IMG/VR virus record: IMGVR_UViG_2728369393_000001
DNA: 64,000 nucleotides
Direction: 5' to 3' (one strand)
Origin: a virus
Taxonomy: Duplodnaviria; Heunggongvirae; Uroviricota; Caudoviricetes
Shown here: piece by piece, positions 8,965 through 21,220 of the stretch
Numbering within the stretch: the first letter of the stretch is position 1
How the letters are laid out: each line of letters opens with the position of its first letter
The notes under the pieces: model-generated
What the model was told of the DNA's origin: nothing
Database searches by the model: none
Seen by the model: the letters and a program-made list of their open reading frames with translations, nothing else
Translations under genes and position numbers: made by a program

Positions 8965-9294
8965 GTGCTTGACACACAGGAATTAGCTCCAGTTGCTATT
9001 GCGCTCCTGCTTTCAGTAATTGGTGGGATAGGCACGTTCCTGATGGATGTCCGAGACGGTCGCCAGTCTGGCAATTTGTTGGGATTGGTTACGGAGATCT
9101 TTGTTGCAGTGACAGCTGGCGCGGTGGCGTACCTATTGGGGCAACACGAGGGCTGGGAGTTATCAATTACGTACTTAATGGTAACGATAGCCAGCAATAA
9201 CGGTCATGAGGTGATTTCAGGGATGAAACGAGTGAATATCGATAGCATTCTGAATGTTCTTACAAGTTTGGTGAAAAAGGGAGGCGGGAAATGA
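8965..9294 (+). CDS. lydA: holin-like membrane protein (P1 LydA-like)
   Basis: 109 aa with hydrophobic segments; position between invertase and darA operon; length matches recalled LydA. Confidence 0.55.
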   Translation: MLDTQELAPVAIALLLSVIGGIGTFLMDVRDGRQSGNLLGLVTEIFVAVTAGAVAYLLGQHEGWELSITYLMVTIASNNGHEVISGMKRVNIDSILNVLTSLVKKGGGK

Positions 9295-9734
9295 TTGGCT
9301 GGGGTGTATGCGTTCTTGCGTTAGCCTTAGCCGATCGCTATTTGCTAAAACGCAAGGACATCACGCATTTAGAACTTGGTGATGTGGAAATTAAACCGGG
9401 TTTCATCCGGGTGCCGTTCAAATACCGGTCTAAATTCCCGTTTTTGCGCGGCGCAACGGTCAGATATTGGATCCGCGATGTTCAGAAGCCGACGACAGTG
9501 ATTGAAGGCGAACAACGTTGTTTGACGTCGGCTGAACAGGGCGAAAACAGTGAATGGTTGTACATACCCACTGAATATATGGGTAAAGGAGAGCGACTGT
9601 GGCATTTCAACGTCATGGTTACGCATGGCGACTCGTTCATTAACCCGTTGTATCGGATTTTCCCTGTTACTCAGCAAATCCGCAGAAGTTACGTAATAAA
9701 TCTCGCACAGGATGTGTCAGATGACGAAAAATAA
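9291..9734 (+). CDS. lydB: antiholin-like protein (P1 LydB-like)
   Basis: 147 aa; start overlaps lydA stop; synteny. Confidence 0.5.
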   Translation: MIGWGVCVLALALADRYLLKRKDITHLELGDVEIKPGFIRVPFKYRSKFPFLRGATVRYWIRDVQKPTTVIEGEQRCLTSAEQGENSEWLYIPTEYMGKGERLWHFNVMVTHGDSFINPLYRIFPVTQQIRRSYVINLAQDVSDDEK

Positions 9735-10323
9735 GTATGCAACGGTCGATTTTGACCAGGTTAATGAAAAGGGGCTGAAATCCCTTATCGCGGCGATCAA
9801 TAAAACCGGTGTTACGGTAATTGAGGTTGACTCCAGCAACCGCGCAACAACGAAAGATGGCGTTAAAGTTAAAACCGCAAAGCTGGTTCTTAACGACGGA
9901 CAAATTCTTGCCATACAGGTAAACGATACTGGCGATATATCGTCTGTGAGGCTGAATGGAAAAGCTATTCCTAACGCTCAGTCGCCGGATATCAAGACGC
10001 TTGGTACCGTCATGGGGCAAGCGGCCCGCAAAAACTCCGCAAAATTCCAGAAATCACTGATCGCCAAAGCGAAACGTGTTGCCAATCCGGTAGACAAGAA
10101 ACCGGCAGTAAAATCCAACTTTCAGCGCCTGCAAGAGGCAAAACAGCGGAATGCTCAGGTGGTTGCCGCTTATAAATCAGCGCAGAACTCGGTGTCTTTC
10201 AATCAACAGCAGATCACTGATTTGCGGGCGAAGCTGGATAAGGAGACAGGCCGACTCAATAACGAAAAGGCCCGAAATGGCGAACTCAAACGCCGTCTTA
10301 AGCAACTGAAAGCAGGAAATTAA
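9721..10323 (+). CDS. hdf: Hdf-like protein (shares a segment with DarA)
   Basis: ATG 3 codons into track ORF 9712..10323; KNSAKFQ segment shared with the downstream DarA; coiled-coil C-terminus. Confidence 0.55.
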   Translation: MTKNKYATVDFDQVNEKGLKSLIAAINKTGVTVIEVDSSNRATTKDGVKVKTAKLVLNDGQILAIQVNDTGDISSVRLNGKAIPNAQSPDIKTLGTVMGQAARKNSAKFQKSLIAKAKRVANPVDKKPAVKSNFQRLQEAKQRNAQVVAAYKSAQNSVSFNQQQITDLRAKLDKETGRLNNEKARNGELKRRLKQLKAGN

Positions 10324-10324
10324 C

Positions 10325-12244
10325 ATGGAACAGTTCAATATCAATAAAGGGGTGACGATCAAGCCTGGGCTTGACGTGCTTCCCCCGCCAGTGACTGATG
10401 ATGAATATCGCGCATTAATGGCCGGTGAGGACCGCTATCTGATGACGGAATCCAACACCCTGGAGGAAATCGAGGCTACGTTCTTCTATGACACGCCGAT
10501 CCACTGGTGTGCTACGGATTTACTGGAGGCGATTAGTTCTACTCGTTTGCAGTTACACCGGACCATGCAGGCATTTGTCCGGGCATTGAACCAGAAGCTG
10601 AATGGTACCGGAATCTCTGCGGGGAGTGATAAAACGGGGGATGTGGCCCAGAGCGGCGCGCGCGCGATCGGCGGTGCTGAAATTGGCCGGGCACGTAACG
10701 TTAACGGGCTGCCGGTCCTGCCAGCCATTATTCCGCTCAGTGATGGTCAGACTATCAGCATTCTGTTTCATAGCCCGACAGCGGAAAACCGGATCACCAA
10801 TAGCGATACGCTGGTTGCTTTCCAGTTCTTACTGAATAAAAAAGACGTTACTCACACCGTTGCTCCGATGAGTGGACGTGATATGACGCTGGCGCAGGTC
10901 ACCATGAAACTTGCCAACCTTGCAGAGAAAAACTCGGCAAAATTCCAGCGTGCGCAGAAGAAGAAAAAAGCCCTTGTTGATGAAATAACCCAACTACAGG
11001 CTGACAGTGACCAGAAAGAGGACGCCATGAGCGACCTCGCGGATCAGGTGGCAGCGGTAGAAGGGCAGAAGGCAGATCTGGAGCAGAAAATTAACGCTGT
11101 TGCATCGGAAGCGGATTCTCTTTATGAAGAGAATGAGCGTTTGCAGGGGGAGATTGATCGGCTCAATCGCACTGGTGGGCGCGATACCATTGCCCCTGCG
11201 GGGATGACTGGTGGGCACTCTCGCGCGCTGACGGATCGCCTTGCCAGTATCAAAAATCGTATGCATATGGACGGGGAAGCGACGCTCAGTAATGGTGCAT
11301 CAATGAAGCAATTCATTGGGGACGGCGAAGGGTATATCCAGTTAACCGATCCGGATGGCAGCGTATACATGATCAAGGCTAAATCCATACAGGGTGTGGA
11401 CATGGCAGATGCGATCGGCAAGCTGTTTAAAGCCTATAAAGCGGGTAATGTATCGGAATACCTGGTCCAACCAGAAGAACATAAACCGGAAAACGTCGAA
11501 CCTGAACCAGCGGAGGATACCGGTAGCTCTTCGCCTGAACCAGAAGTCTCTGTAGGTGCATATCGATATGCCCTGCAAATGCGTCCGGCGGCCCCTGGCG
11601 CAATACCTGAAGGTAACAAAGCAATTCTGCCGCGCCCTGATGAAGGTGACCCGTATTATGAATATGCACGCTACGGCATTGCTACTTACGATACCCCGCT
11701 TTCTGATCAGCAAATGAGTGAGTACGACCTGAAGTTATTGCCTCGCGAGGATTCTTTCGATTTCCTGGCGAAGACACTTACTAATGGTCCGTTTGGCAAA
11801 TATGCACAAAAAGCTCTGGAGCTGGCCACCAGCTCACCAGACGAGTTCCGCGTAATGCTGAAAACTCAGTTTCAAAAAACTTTCCCCAATATTGCGTTTC
11901 CTGGGGGCGCTGGCACCGAGAAAATGGTGCAGAGCATGATCAATGCATTGCAGGCCGAAGTCGGTGAGATTACTCAGCCAGAACCGGCCCCGGCACAGCC
12001 TGATGAAACGGTTAGCGAAGCAGATGCAGAGGCTAATAAAGCCATTGAATATCTCAATAACGTGATGGATATGCAAAGCACTGACATGGCGGAGATCCGT
12101 AACGCCCGGGGCAATGTCCGGGAAGCGATTGCAGCCCTTCAGGCTGCCGGACGTTTTGAGGAAAACGAAGAGCTGGTTAACGGCGCAGCTCGCCACCTGG
12201 CTGATCTGTTGGTAGCAATCCAGAAAGCGGGGGTAGCGGCATGA
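10325..12244 (+). CDS. darA: DarA-like capsid-packaged antirestriction protein
   Basis: 639 aa; position after lydAB-hdf; size and synteny consistent with P1 DarA. Confidence 0.7.
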   Translation: MEQFNINKGVTIKPGLDVLPPPVTDDEYRALMAGEDRYLMTESNTLEEIEATFFYDTPIHWCATDLLEAISSTRLQLHRTMQAFVRALNQKLNGTGISAGSDKTGDVAQSGARAIGGAEIGRARNVNGLPVLPAIIPLSDGQTISILFHSPTAENRITNSDTLVAFQFLLNKKDVTHTVAPMSGRDMTLAQVTMKLANLAEKNSAKFQRAQKKKKALVDEITQLQADSDQKEDAMSDLADQVAAVEGQKADLEQKINAVASEADSLYEENERLQGEIDRLNRTGGRDTIAPAGMTGGHSRALTDRLASIKNRMHMDGEATLSNGASMKQFIGDGEGYIQLTDPDGSVYMIKAKSIQGVDMADAIGKLFKAYKAGNVSEYLVQPEEHKPENVEPEPAEDTGSSSPEPEVSVGAYRYALQMRPAAPGAIPEGNKAILPRPDEGDPYYEYARYGIATYDTPLSDQQMSEYDLKLLPREDSFDFLAKTLTNGPFGKYAQKALELATSSPDEFRVMLKTQFQKTFPNIAFPGGAGTEKMVQSMINALQAEVGEITQPEPAPAQPDETVSEADAEANKAIEYLNNVMDMQSTDMAEIRNARGNVREAIAALQAAGRFEENEELVNGAARHLADLLVAIQKAGVAA

Positions 12245-12606
12245 CACTATCAGCTATTGAGTTAATGGATCTCAGCGATAAGTTGGATGCTCTGATGTCC
12301 AAAGCGGCTACCGCGAGTGGTATGGAGTTGCTGGATATCAGCGATGAAATTGACCAGATCATGCAACAGATGGGGTACGGCGCGTCCGGCGGTGGTAGTG
12401 GCGAGGAAAAACAACCTTCGGAACATGATGGTGTGCCAAAACTGGTTGCTGATTTCCTGGCTGATAAATTCGTCGATCAGAGCACCGATGCATTTATCGG
12501 TACCTTGCAGGATTTGAATCAATATGTTGGCACATACATCGACCTGGACCAGGTTAAACAGCACACGGCGGCATGGATAGCCGCCAACATTAAAGAGGCA
12601 GCATAA
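12241..12606 (+). CDS. ddrA: DdrA-like protein
   Basis: 121 aa, start overlaps darA stop (ATGA). Confidence 0.55.
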   Translation: MTLSAIELMDLSDKLDALMSKAATASGMELLDISDEIDQIMQQMGYGASGGGSGEEKQPSEHDGVPKLVADFLADKFVDQSTDAFIGTLQDLNQYVGTYIDLDQVKQHTAAWIAANIKEAA

Positions 12607-12618
12607 GGCGTAACAGGG

Positions 12619-15606
12619 ATGAGCTTAAGCGATCAGGTGGTAATGGCCACCAGCATAGAAACGCTGATCGAGCTGCTAAAGAACCTGCCCGATTATGGGC
12701 GGGTTTCGTATGTGGTGACAGCGAAGGGAGACGAGGTAAAAACAGCGTTTGATATCGTCGATGCCTCAGCTCTTTTGGTATCCAATACTCTGGATGGGAA
12801 AATTAATCCTGACTATCCCCAGGAACTTCAACCGCGCGACCGGACCCGCGCATCCAGCCTTCTTCAGGTTAACCAGATATCCAAAGATTTGCGGCCTGCT
12901 CAGCTTACTGATTCCGGTTTATCCAGCCATGGCGCGCCGATAATTGGTGAGGACAATGCCGTTGAGTCAGGTAATGGGAGGACCATGGGGATCATTAAAG
13001 CCTATCAGGACGGTAATGCGGATCGGTATCGGGAGTACCTGATTGAACATGCGACCGAATTCGGAATACGACCTGAAAAGGTTGAATCAATGACGGCTCC
13101 GGTACTGGTGCGCCGCCGGTTAACGAAGGTTGACCGTGTTCAGTTTGCCAAGGACTCAAATATTTCTGATCTCCAGGAAATGGCAGCCAGTGAAAAGGCT
13201 TTTGTTGATGCCGACAGCATAACTCCGGCGATGATGGCGCTGTTTAACCCATCAGAAAGCGGAGATCTGCTTAGCCGCAGTAATGACGCGTTTATTCGCG
13301 GATTCATGACGCAAGTTGGTGCCACACAGGCTGCTGGCCTTGTAACGGAAGATGGGCGACCAACACGGCAACTTGTTGACCGTATACAAAACGCGATCTT
13401 TGCCAAGGCATATAAGGATGCGCGCCTGGTAAGAATGGTTGCAGAAGAACCTGATCCGGATATGCGTAATGTTCTGACGGCGCTTAATGCGGCAGCCAAT
13501 GATTTTGTCCAGATGCAGGCTTTATCAGGAGAAGCGCACAAGCAGGCTGTGACAACTATTGTTGATGGTATTGAGACAGCGGATAGTCTCGATAAAAAGG
13601 CGCTGGCGGCATTGAAAGATGCGGTAGACCTGGTAAGGCAATCGAAGGAGTCAGGCCAACATATTACCGATGTTATTGCTCAGGGGGATATGTTCAGCGA
13701 AACAGCCCCGGAAGTGAAAGCTCTCGCGTTGTTCATCGTCGCGAATAACCGTAGCGCGAAGCGTATGGCCACCGCCTTTAAATTGATGGCTCAACGTATC
13801 AATGATGAGTTACAGCACCAGGGCCAGGCGCTGGGGGATATGTTTGGCGGTGGTGATGTGTCGTTACAGGATATCCTTCGCCAGGTGTCTCAGGAACTGG
13901 AAAACGAAGGCATGCAAGGGATATCCGGCGGTCTTTTCGAGTCCGTTTCCGGCGGTAGTTACAACGGTGTTGCTCCATATACCAGCTTGCTATTACATCG
14001 GGCATCCGGCATCAAAGACATTATTCATCTGATCAGGCTGCTTTCCCGTACAGATCCCCAGGATGAACAGCTTGTACAAGTGCTTGCGCATTTTGTTCGA
14101 ATGCCTGTTGCCGACGTGAATAAATGGTGCCGATTATTCGGTATCAGCAATTCGTTACTTCGCGGATTGTTAAATCACGCATCCTCCCTTGGGCGCGACG
14201 GCTTTGATGAGATAGCGCAGGCGATAAAAAACGGAGATATGCCACCAGCTATTGACTGGTTTTCCATTCGCCCAACCAGGGTGAAAGCATTCCTTAGCGC
14301 GGCGCATTCGGCATCACCATTGGCAGAAATGGTTCAGAGGTTGTCGCTCATATTCACAGACCATACCGCGTTGGGTGATCTGACTCTGGACGAGATGAAA
14401 GAAGCCTCCATTCAGTGGGCCGATCAACAAAATGAGGTTAACTCTGACTTCTTGCCAGCATTCAGGAAGGCCGTTAGTAAAGCGGATGATGCCCGTGGAA
14501 TTCTGAAGGCATTTAAGGCATTGCAAAGTCGTGTTAATAAACATGTCGGTGATATCGATGGGGTAACGGCGGAAGGCCGGGATATCCTTAAAGAGCACGG
14601 CATAACGCCAGAGTTTATTGATGAGATCAGGACGGATATGCAGCGTGAGGTCGTATCGTCCCTGCAAATCGTAGCCAGAGCGTTGGCGGATGCTAATCCG
14701 AAGAGTGCGGCCATTGTTAACCGGGTTATTGGTGATATTGAAGCATCGGAGGGCATGGGGGCGCTGAAACTCTTCCTTTCGCGAGCGTTTAATCCTAACG
14801 GCAATATTCTCCCTGGCATTATTGGTGAGGCTAAAAAGTATGTCAGTGAAGAAGAACTTGAGCAGCTTGACCAACTACTTAAGCGATTCTCATATAACCC
14901 GCAGACACGCTGGCAAATGAATCAGCGAAGTATGGGTTCGGTCCACGAGAAAGTGTTATCTGCCATGAACAGTGCGATCGCCAACTCATCCGTATCTGAA
15001 GAAAAAGCTCTTGAGTGGGCCGACTCTTTTATCACGGAAGAAGTGGAAGAAGCCCGCGCTGGACAGAATGGTGGGATAGACCTGCGCAAGGAACTTGCTG
15101 ATATTTATCGCCTGACCGGCGGTAAAATTTCGACCTTAACAAAGGTGGTTCACCACCAGGGAAGGGCATATGCAAATCTTAATGGTGTTGTTGCTGTCAA
15201 TTTGAACGATGAAAATGCAAGTGCACTGTGGCACGAGCTGGGTCATCATCTTGAGTACAGTAACCCTGGTTTGTTAGAGAAAGCCCGGTCATTCCTGAAG
15301 GCCAATGTTGAAGGGGATAAGCCATCTTTCGTTAATATCGGTGGGCGTGGCAAGCCTGAATGGTGCTTCAGATCTCGATTGAGTAATATTTATATGGCGA
15401 AGGTATACCCGCCAGCCTCAGTGAGTAATTCCGGGAAAATTCGGCAGAAATCACCGACTATTTCCAAAACGTCAGCAACGGAAGTATTCTCTATGGCTCT
15501 TCAGTTGTATCATGACAAAGAGGCCGCTGCCGCATCACTGATGAATGGTGACGGATTGCTGGAACTGTTATTAGGTGTGGCAAAGGAGCTAAATAATGCA
15601 GATTAA
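12619..15606 (+). CDS. ddrB: DdrB-like large protein of the darA operon
   Basis: 995 aa, ATG at 12619; synteny. Confidence 0.65.
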   Translation: MSLSDQVVMATSIETLIELLKNLPDYGRVSYVVTAKGDEVKTAFDIVDASALLVSNTLDGKINPDYPQELQPRDRTRASSLLQVNQISKDLRPAQLTDSGLSSHGAPIIGEDNAVESGNGRTMGIIKAYQDGNADRYREYLIEHATEFGIRPEKVESMTAPVLVRRRLTKVDRVQFAKDSNISDLQEMAASEKAFVDADSITPAMMALFNPSESGDLLSRSNDAFIRGFMTQVGATQAAGLVTEDGRPTRQLVDRIQNAIFAKAYKDARLVRMVAEEPDPDMRNVLTALNAAANDFVQMQALSGEAHKQAVTTIVDGIETADSLDKKALAALKDAVDLVRQSKESGQHITDVIAQGDMFSETAPEVKALALFIVANNRSAKRMATAFKLMAQRINDELQHQGQALGDMFGGGDVSLQDILRQVSQELENEGMQGISGGLFESVSGGSYNGVAPYTSLLLHRASGIKDIIHLIRLLSRTDPQDEQLVQVLAHFVRMPVADVNKWCRLFGISNSLLRGLLNHASSLGRDGFDEIAQAIKNGDMPPAIDWFSIRPTRVKAFLSAAHSASPLAEMVQRLSLIFTDHTALGDLTLDEMKEASIQWADQQNEVNSDFLPAFRKAVSKADDARGILKAFKALQSRVNKHVGDIDGVTAEGRDILKEHGITPEFIDEIRTDMQREVVSSLQIVARALADANPKSAAIVNRVIGDIEASEGMGALKLFLSRAFNPNGNILPGIIGEAKKYVSEEELEQLDQLLKRFSYNPQTRWQMNQRSMGSVHEKVLSAMNSAIANSSVSEEKALEWADSFITEEVEEARAGQNGGIDLRKELADIYRLTGGKISTLTKVVHHQGRAYANLNGVVAVNLNDENASALWHELGHHLEYSNPGLLEKARSFLKANVEGDKPSFVNIGGRGKPEWCFRSRLSNIYMAKVYPPASVSNSGKIRQKSPTISKTSATEVFSMALQLYHDKEAAAASLMNGDGLLELLLGVAKELNNAD

Positions 15607-15904
15607 AATCGCAGCGCCATTAGGCGGAGATGCCATTATCGAATTTGATGATAATGAAGAAGTTTCCGGGCGTTTAAGCATTATCTCCGGTGACATTACC
15701 GAGGACATGATCGCTGAAGCCATAGCTGGAGCAAATCCCAATAGCTATATGGGATTCGTTAACACCCTTGATGCTCCCGCAAGTGATGTTCTCCGAACGC
15801 TGCATCTTTACGCTGGCTGGTTTGTTGATTGGCCAGCAGTAGATGGTGGCGATGAGGACGACGACGATGATTTTGGTGATCATGTAGACCAGATCGTATA
15901 TTGA
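15596..15904 (+). CDS. small acidic protein, last gene of the darA operon
   Basis: 102 aa, ATG overlapping ddrB stop; poly-acidic C-terminus (DGGDEDDDDD); followed by terminator. Confidence 0.4.
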   Translation: MQIKIAAPLGGDAIIEFDDNEEVSGRLSIISGDITEDMIAEAIAGANPNSYMGFVNTLDAPASDVLRTLHLYAGWFVDWPAVDGGDEDDDDDFGDHVDQIVY

Positions 15905-15907
15905 AGA

Positions 15908-15934
15908 AATCCCGCCAATCGGCGGATTTTTTTT
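15908..15934 (+). terminator. rho-independent terminator
   Basis: TCCCGCC-AATC-GGCGGA stem-loop followed by T8. Confidence 0.7.
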
Positions 15935-16841
15935 AATCGCTTTCCACTTCTTCCGTGGTGTTTTCTTGCAGTTCTGTTAATGCAGCACGACATAGGTTCC
16001 GGGCATTGGCTATAGCCACACTTTTGACTTCATCCGTCATCGTGCAGGTAATGTACTGATCGAGTTCTTCAGCGCGGATGATGCTTTTGCCAATCAGAAA
16101 CTGTATTTGCCAGAGCAGATCGGCATCCATAATCAGAATTTCTGCCGGGCCTTCAGGGCCAGCCGGGAAGGAAACATAAGACTGTTTGCCCAGCCCGACA
16201 ACTCGACAACTTGCTTCAAGAATTGCGCGCTTGAGGTCTGACTTTATAACGGAAACAGGTTGATTTTCACCAGTGATTACGCCGTTGACATGGAAAGGCA
16301 TGTAGCTTGAAATACGCTCTACTTTCCACACGCCAGCAAGCGATCCTTCATGCAGCACAATGGGGGTAACCGCGAGTTTCATCTCACCATATAACTGCTG
16401 GCAGATAGCTGGATTGCTGAATACATCTAAAGGCTCACATTCAAACAGCGGCGCAATCTGCATGAGGTCCATCATGGTCATCCCTGGGGTACGAGCAGTA
16501 ATGAATTTGCGCATACCAGTATCCATTGCGCTCCAGATTGCTACACCATGCTTTTTGCTCACTTCTTCAGTAAAGCCAAGGTGGCACATGATGGTTTTTT
16601 CGATAGCCAGATCAGAGATAGAAACTTTTTCGCCAGGTACTCCATCATTATTGATGGTCACTTCGACACTCTGGCCATTACGTAGGCGGTATTGAATGGT
16701 TTTAGTTTTTTGTGCTGTCATAGTCTTTTCTCTGCTTAAAAACTGATGTATTGCGTCTTCAGGTGGGTTAGGAATGTTTTCCCACCAGCGAAAGCAATAT
16801 CTCGTGGTGTTCTGTTCGTTAAAAACGCGTGCCATTGCCAA
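15933..16841 (-). CDS. hypothetical protein
   Basis: 302-aa ORF (possible internal start at MTAQKT); no motif recognised. Confidence 0.4.
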   Translation of the reverse strand: MAMARVFNEQNTTRYCFRWWENIPNPPEDAIHQFLSREKTMTAQKTKTIQYRLRNGQSVEVTINNDGVPGEKVSISDLAIEKTIMCHLGFTEEVSKKHGVAIWSAMDTGMRKFITARTPGMTMMDLMQIAPLFECEPLDVFSNPAICQQLYGEMKLAVTPIVLHEGSLAGVWKVERISSYMPFHVNGVITGENQPVSVIKSDLKRAILEASCRVVGLGKQSYVSFPAGPEGPAEILIMDADLLWQIQFLIGKSIIRAEELDQYITCTMTDEVKSVAIANARNLCRAALTELQENTTEEVESD

Positions 16842-16918
16842 CTTTGGCGTTTTTTAGCGAGTTCGTGCTTTTGTTGGCGTCTGGACCACCGCTTTTCTTT
16901 CAGTCGTTTTTTACACAT

Positions 16919-17407
16919 TCAGAACGGAATATCGTCGTCAAAGTCCATTGGAGGTTCGTTATTGGCGTTGCTCTGAGGTTTACCGCCACCACTGTATTGC
17001 TGGTGGTTTTGAGGTTGGTTTGATTGCCCCCAGCCATTTGAGGACTGTGAATCGTCACGGCGAGCGCCGATCATTTGCATGGTGCCGCCCTGGCTGACGA
17101 TAATTTCCGTCGTGTAACGTTCTACACCGGCGTCATCTGTCCACTTACGGGTTTTAAGTTTCCCTTCGATGTAGACCTGAGAACCTTTTCGTAAATACTC
17201 ACTCGCAATTTCAGCAAGTTTTCCGAACAAAACGACTTTATGCCATTCTGTTTGCTCTTTCTGTTGGCCCGTTTGCTTGTCGCGCCATGATTCATTCGTT
17301 GCGATGCTGAGTCTTCCGACCGCTCCGCCATTTGGTATATACCTGATCTCCGGGTCTTGCCCCAGGGTACCAATCAGGATGACTTTGTTTACACCGCGTT
17401 GTGCCAC
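16919..17407 (-). CDS. ssb: single-stranded DNA-binding protein
   Basis: OB-fold N-terminus, Gly/Gln-rich linker, acidic tail ending DFDDDIPF. Confidence 0.93.
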   Translation of the reverse strand: MAQRGVNKVILIGTLGQDPEIRYIPNGGAVGRLSIATNESWRDKQTGQQKEQTEWHKVVLFGKLAEIASEYLRKGSQVYIEGKLKTRKWTDDAGVERYTTEIIVSQGGTMQMIGARRDDSQSSNGWGQSNQPQNHQQYSGGGKPQSNANNEPPMDFDDDIPF

Positions 17408-17426
17408 TTATCTTACCTAATAAAAT

Positions 17427-17443
17427 AAATTAATTAGAGCAAT
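17427..17443 (-). promoter_or_regulatory. C1 repressor operator-like site upstream of ssb
   Basis: minus strand ATTGCTCTAATTAATTT, 16/17 to recalled consensus ATTGCTCTAATAAATTT. Confidence 0.55.
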
Positions 17444-17575
17444 AATGTATATCTTTGAAACGTAGCTAACAAGTGATTTGCATTATCCTGTGCCTTCTAA
17501 AGGGATCGAGTCAGTCGGTATTGGCTGTGAATGGGTGTTGTCCTGGAGCGTAAAAAATTCGCTTATGAGGTCTTT

Positions 17576-18133
17576 ATGAAGGGAAAAACAGCCGCAGGAG
17601 GCGGTGCAATTTGCGCTATCGCGGTGATGATTACCATCGTGATGGGTAATGGCAATGTGCGAACCAACCAGGCGGGGCTTGAGCTTATCGGAAACGCTGA
17701 AGGTTGCCGACGTGACCCATACATGTGCCCGGCGGGTGTATGGACTGACGGGATTGGTAATACACACGGGGTAACGCCAGGCGTGCGAAAAACCGACCAG
17801 CAAATCGCCGCTGATTGGGAAAAGAATATCCTGATCGCTGAACGCTGTATTAATCAGCACTTCCGGGGCAAAGACATGCCCGATAATGCCTTCAGTGCAA
17901 TGACAAGCGCGGCATTCAATATGGGATGCAATAGTTTACGGACCTACTACAGCAAAGCGCGAGGCATGCGAGTAGAAACGTCCATCCACAAGTGGGCGCA
18001 GAAAGGGGAATGGGTGAATATGTGTAACCATCTCCCTGATTTCGTGAACAGTAACGGCGTGCCACTGCGAGGCTTAAAGATTCGCCGTGAAAAAGAACGT
18101 CAGCTTTGCCTGACGGGACTGGTCAATGAATAA
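17576..18133 (+). CDS. lyz: SAR-type endolysin (lysozyme with N-terminal signal-arrest-release domain)
   Basis: ATG 15 codons into track ORF 17531..18133, GAGG RBS; MKGKTAAGGGAICAIAVMITIVMG hydrophobic Gly/Ala-rich N-terminus then lysozyme-like domain. Confidence 0.85.
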   Translation: MKGKTAAGGGAICAIAVMITIVMGNGNVRTNQAGLELIGNAEGCRRDPYMCPAGVWTDGIGNTHGVTPGVRKTDQQIAADWEKNILIAERCINQHFRGKDMPDNAFSAMTSAAFNMGCNSLRTYYSKARGMRVETSIHKWAQKGEWVNMCNHLPDFVNSNGVPLRGLKIRREKERQLCLTGLVNE

Positions 18134-18380
18134 ACTCCGGCAGCTCCGCCGACTTTCGACAATGAAGTTATCGCTGGCGGCGATAGTTTTCGACTCGATT
18201 TTCATGGCGGTATATGTGCTCAATGAGACGTGGCCACTGGAACCGCTATTATATGCCGGGCTTCGGCTGTGCCTGACATTTTTGAGCATGGCTGCAAGAT
18301 TGATGCAGCAGAAAGAAACCGCTTCAGATTGCCCACGTCGCGCGGTGCGAAAATATATGGCACGCAGACGAAGGCGATAA
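18126..18380 (+). CDS. small membrane protein with Arg-rich C-terminus downstream of lyz
   Basis: 84-aa ORF overlapping lyz stop. Confidence 0.3.
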   Translation: MNKLRQLRRLSTMKLSLAAIVFDSIFMAVYVLNETWPLEPLLYAGLRLCLTFLSMAARLMQQKETASDCPRRAVRKYMARRRRR

Positions 18381-18423
18381 TAGTTAACGAGAACCCGGCA
18401 GCCGCCGGGGTTATTTTTGATGG

Positions 18424-21154
<2,731 letters not shown>

Positions 21155-21220
21155 TTAATTAGAATAATTCGCATCGTGTTTGAACGGAATTTAACACTAG
21201 TCACTTGTTAAGGATTACCA

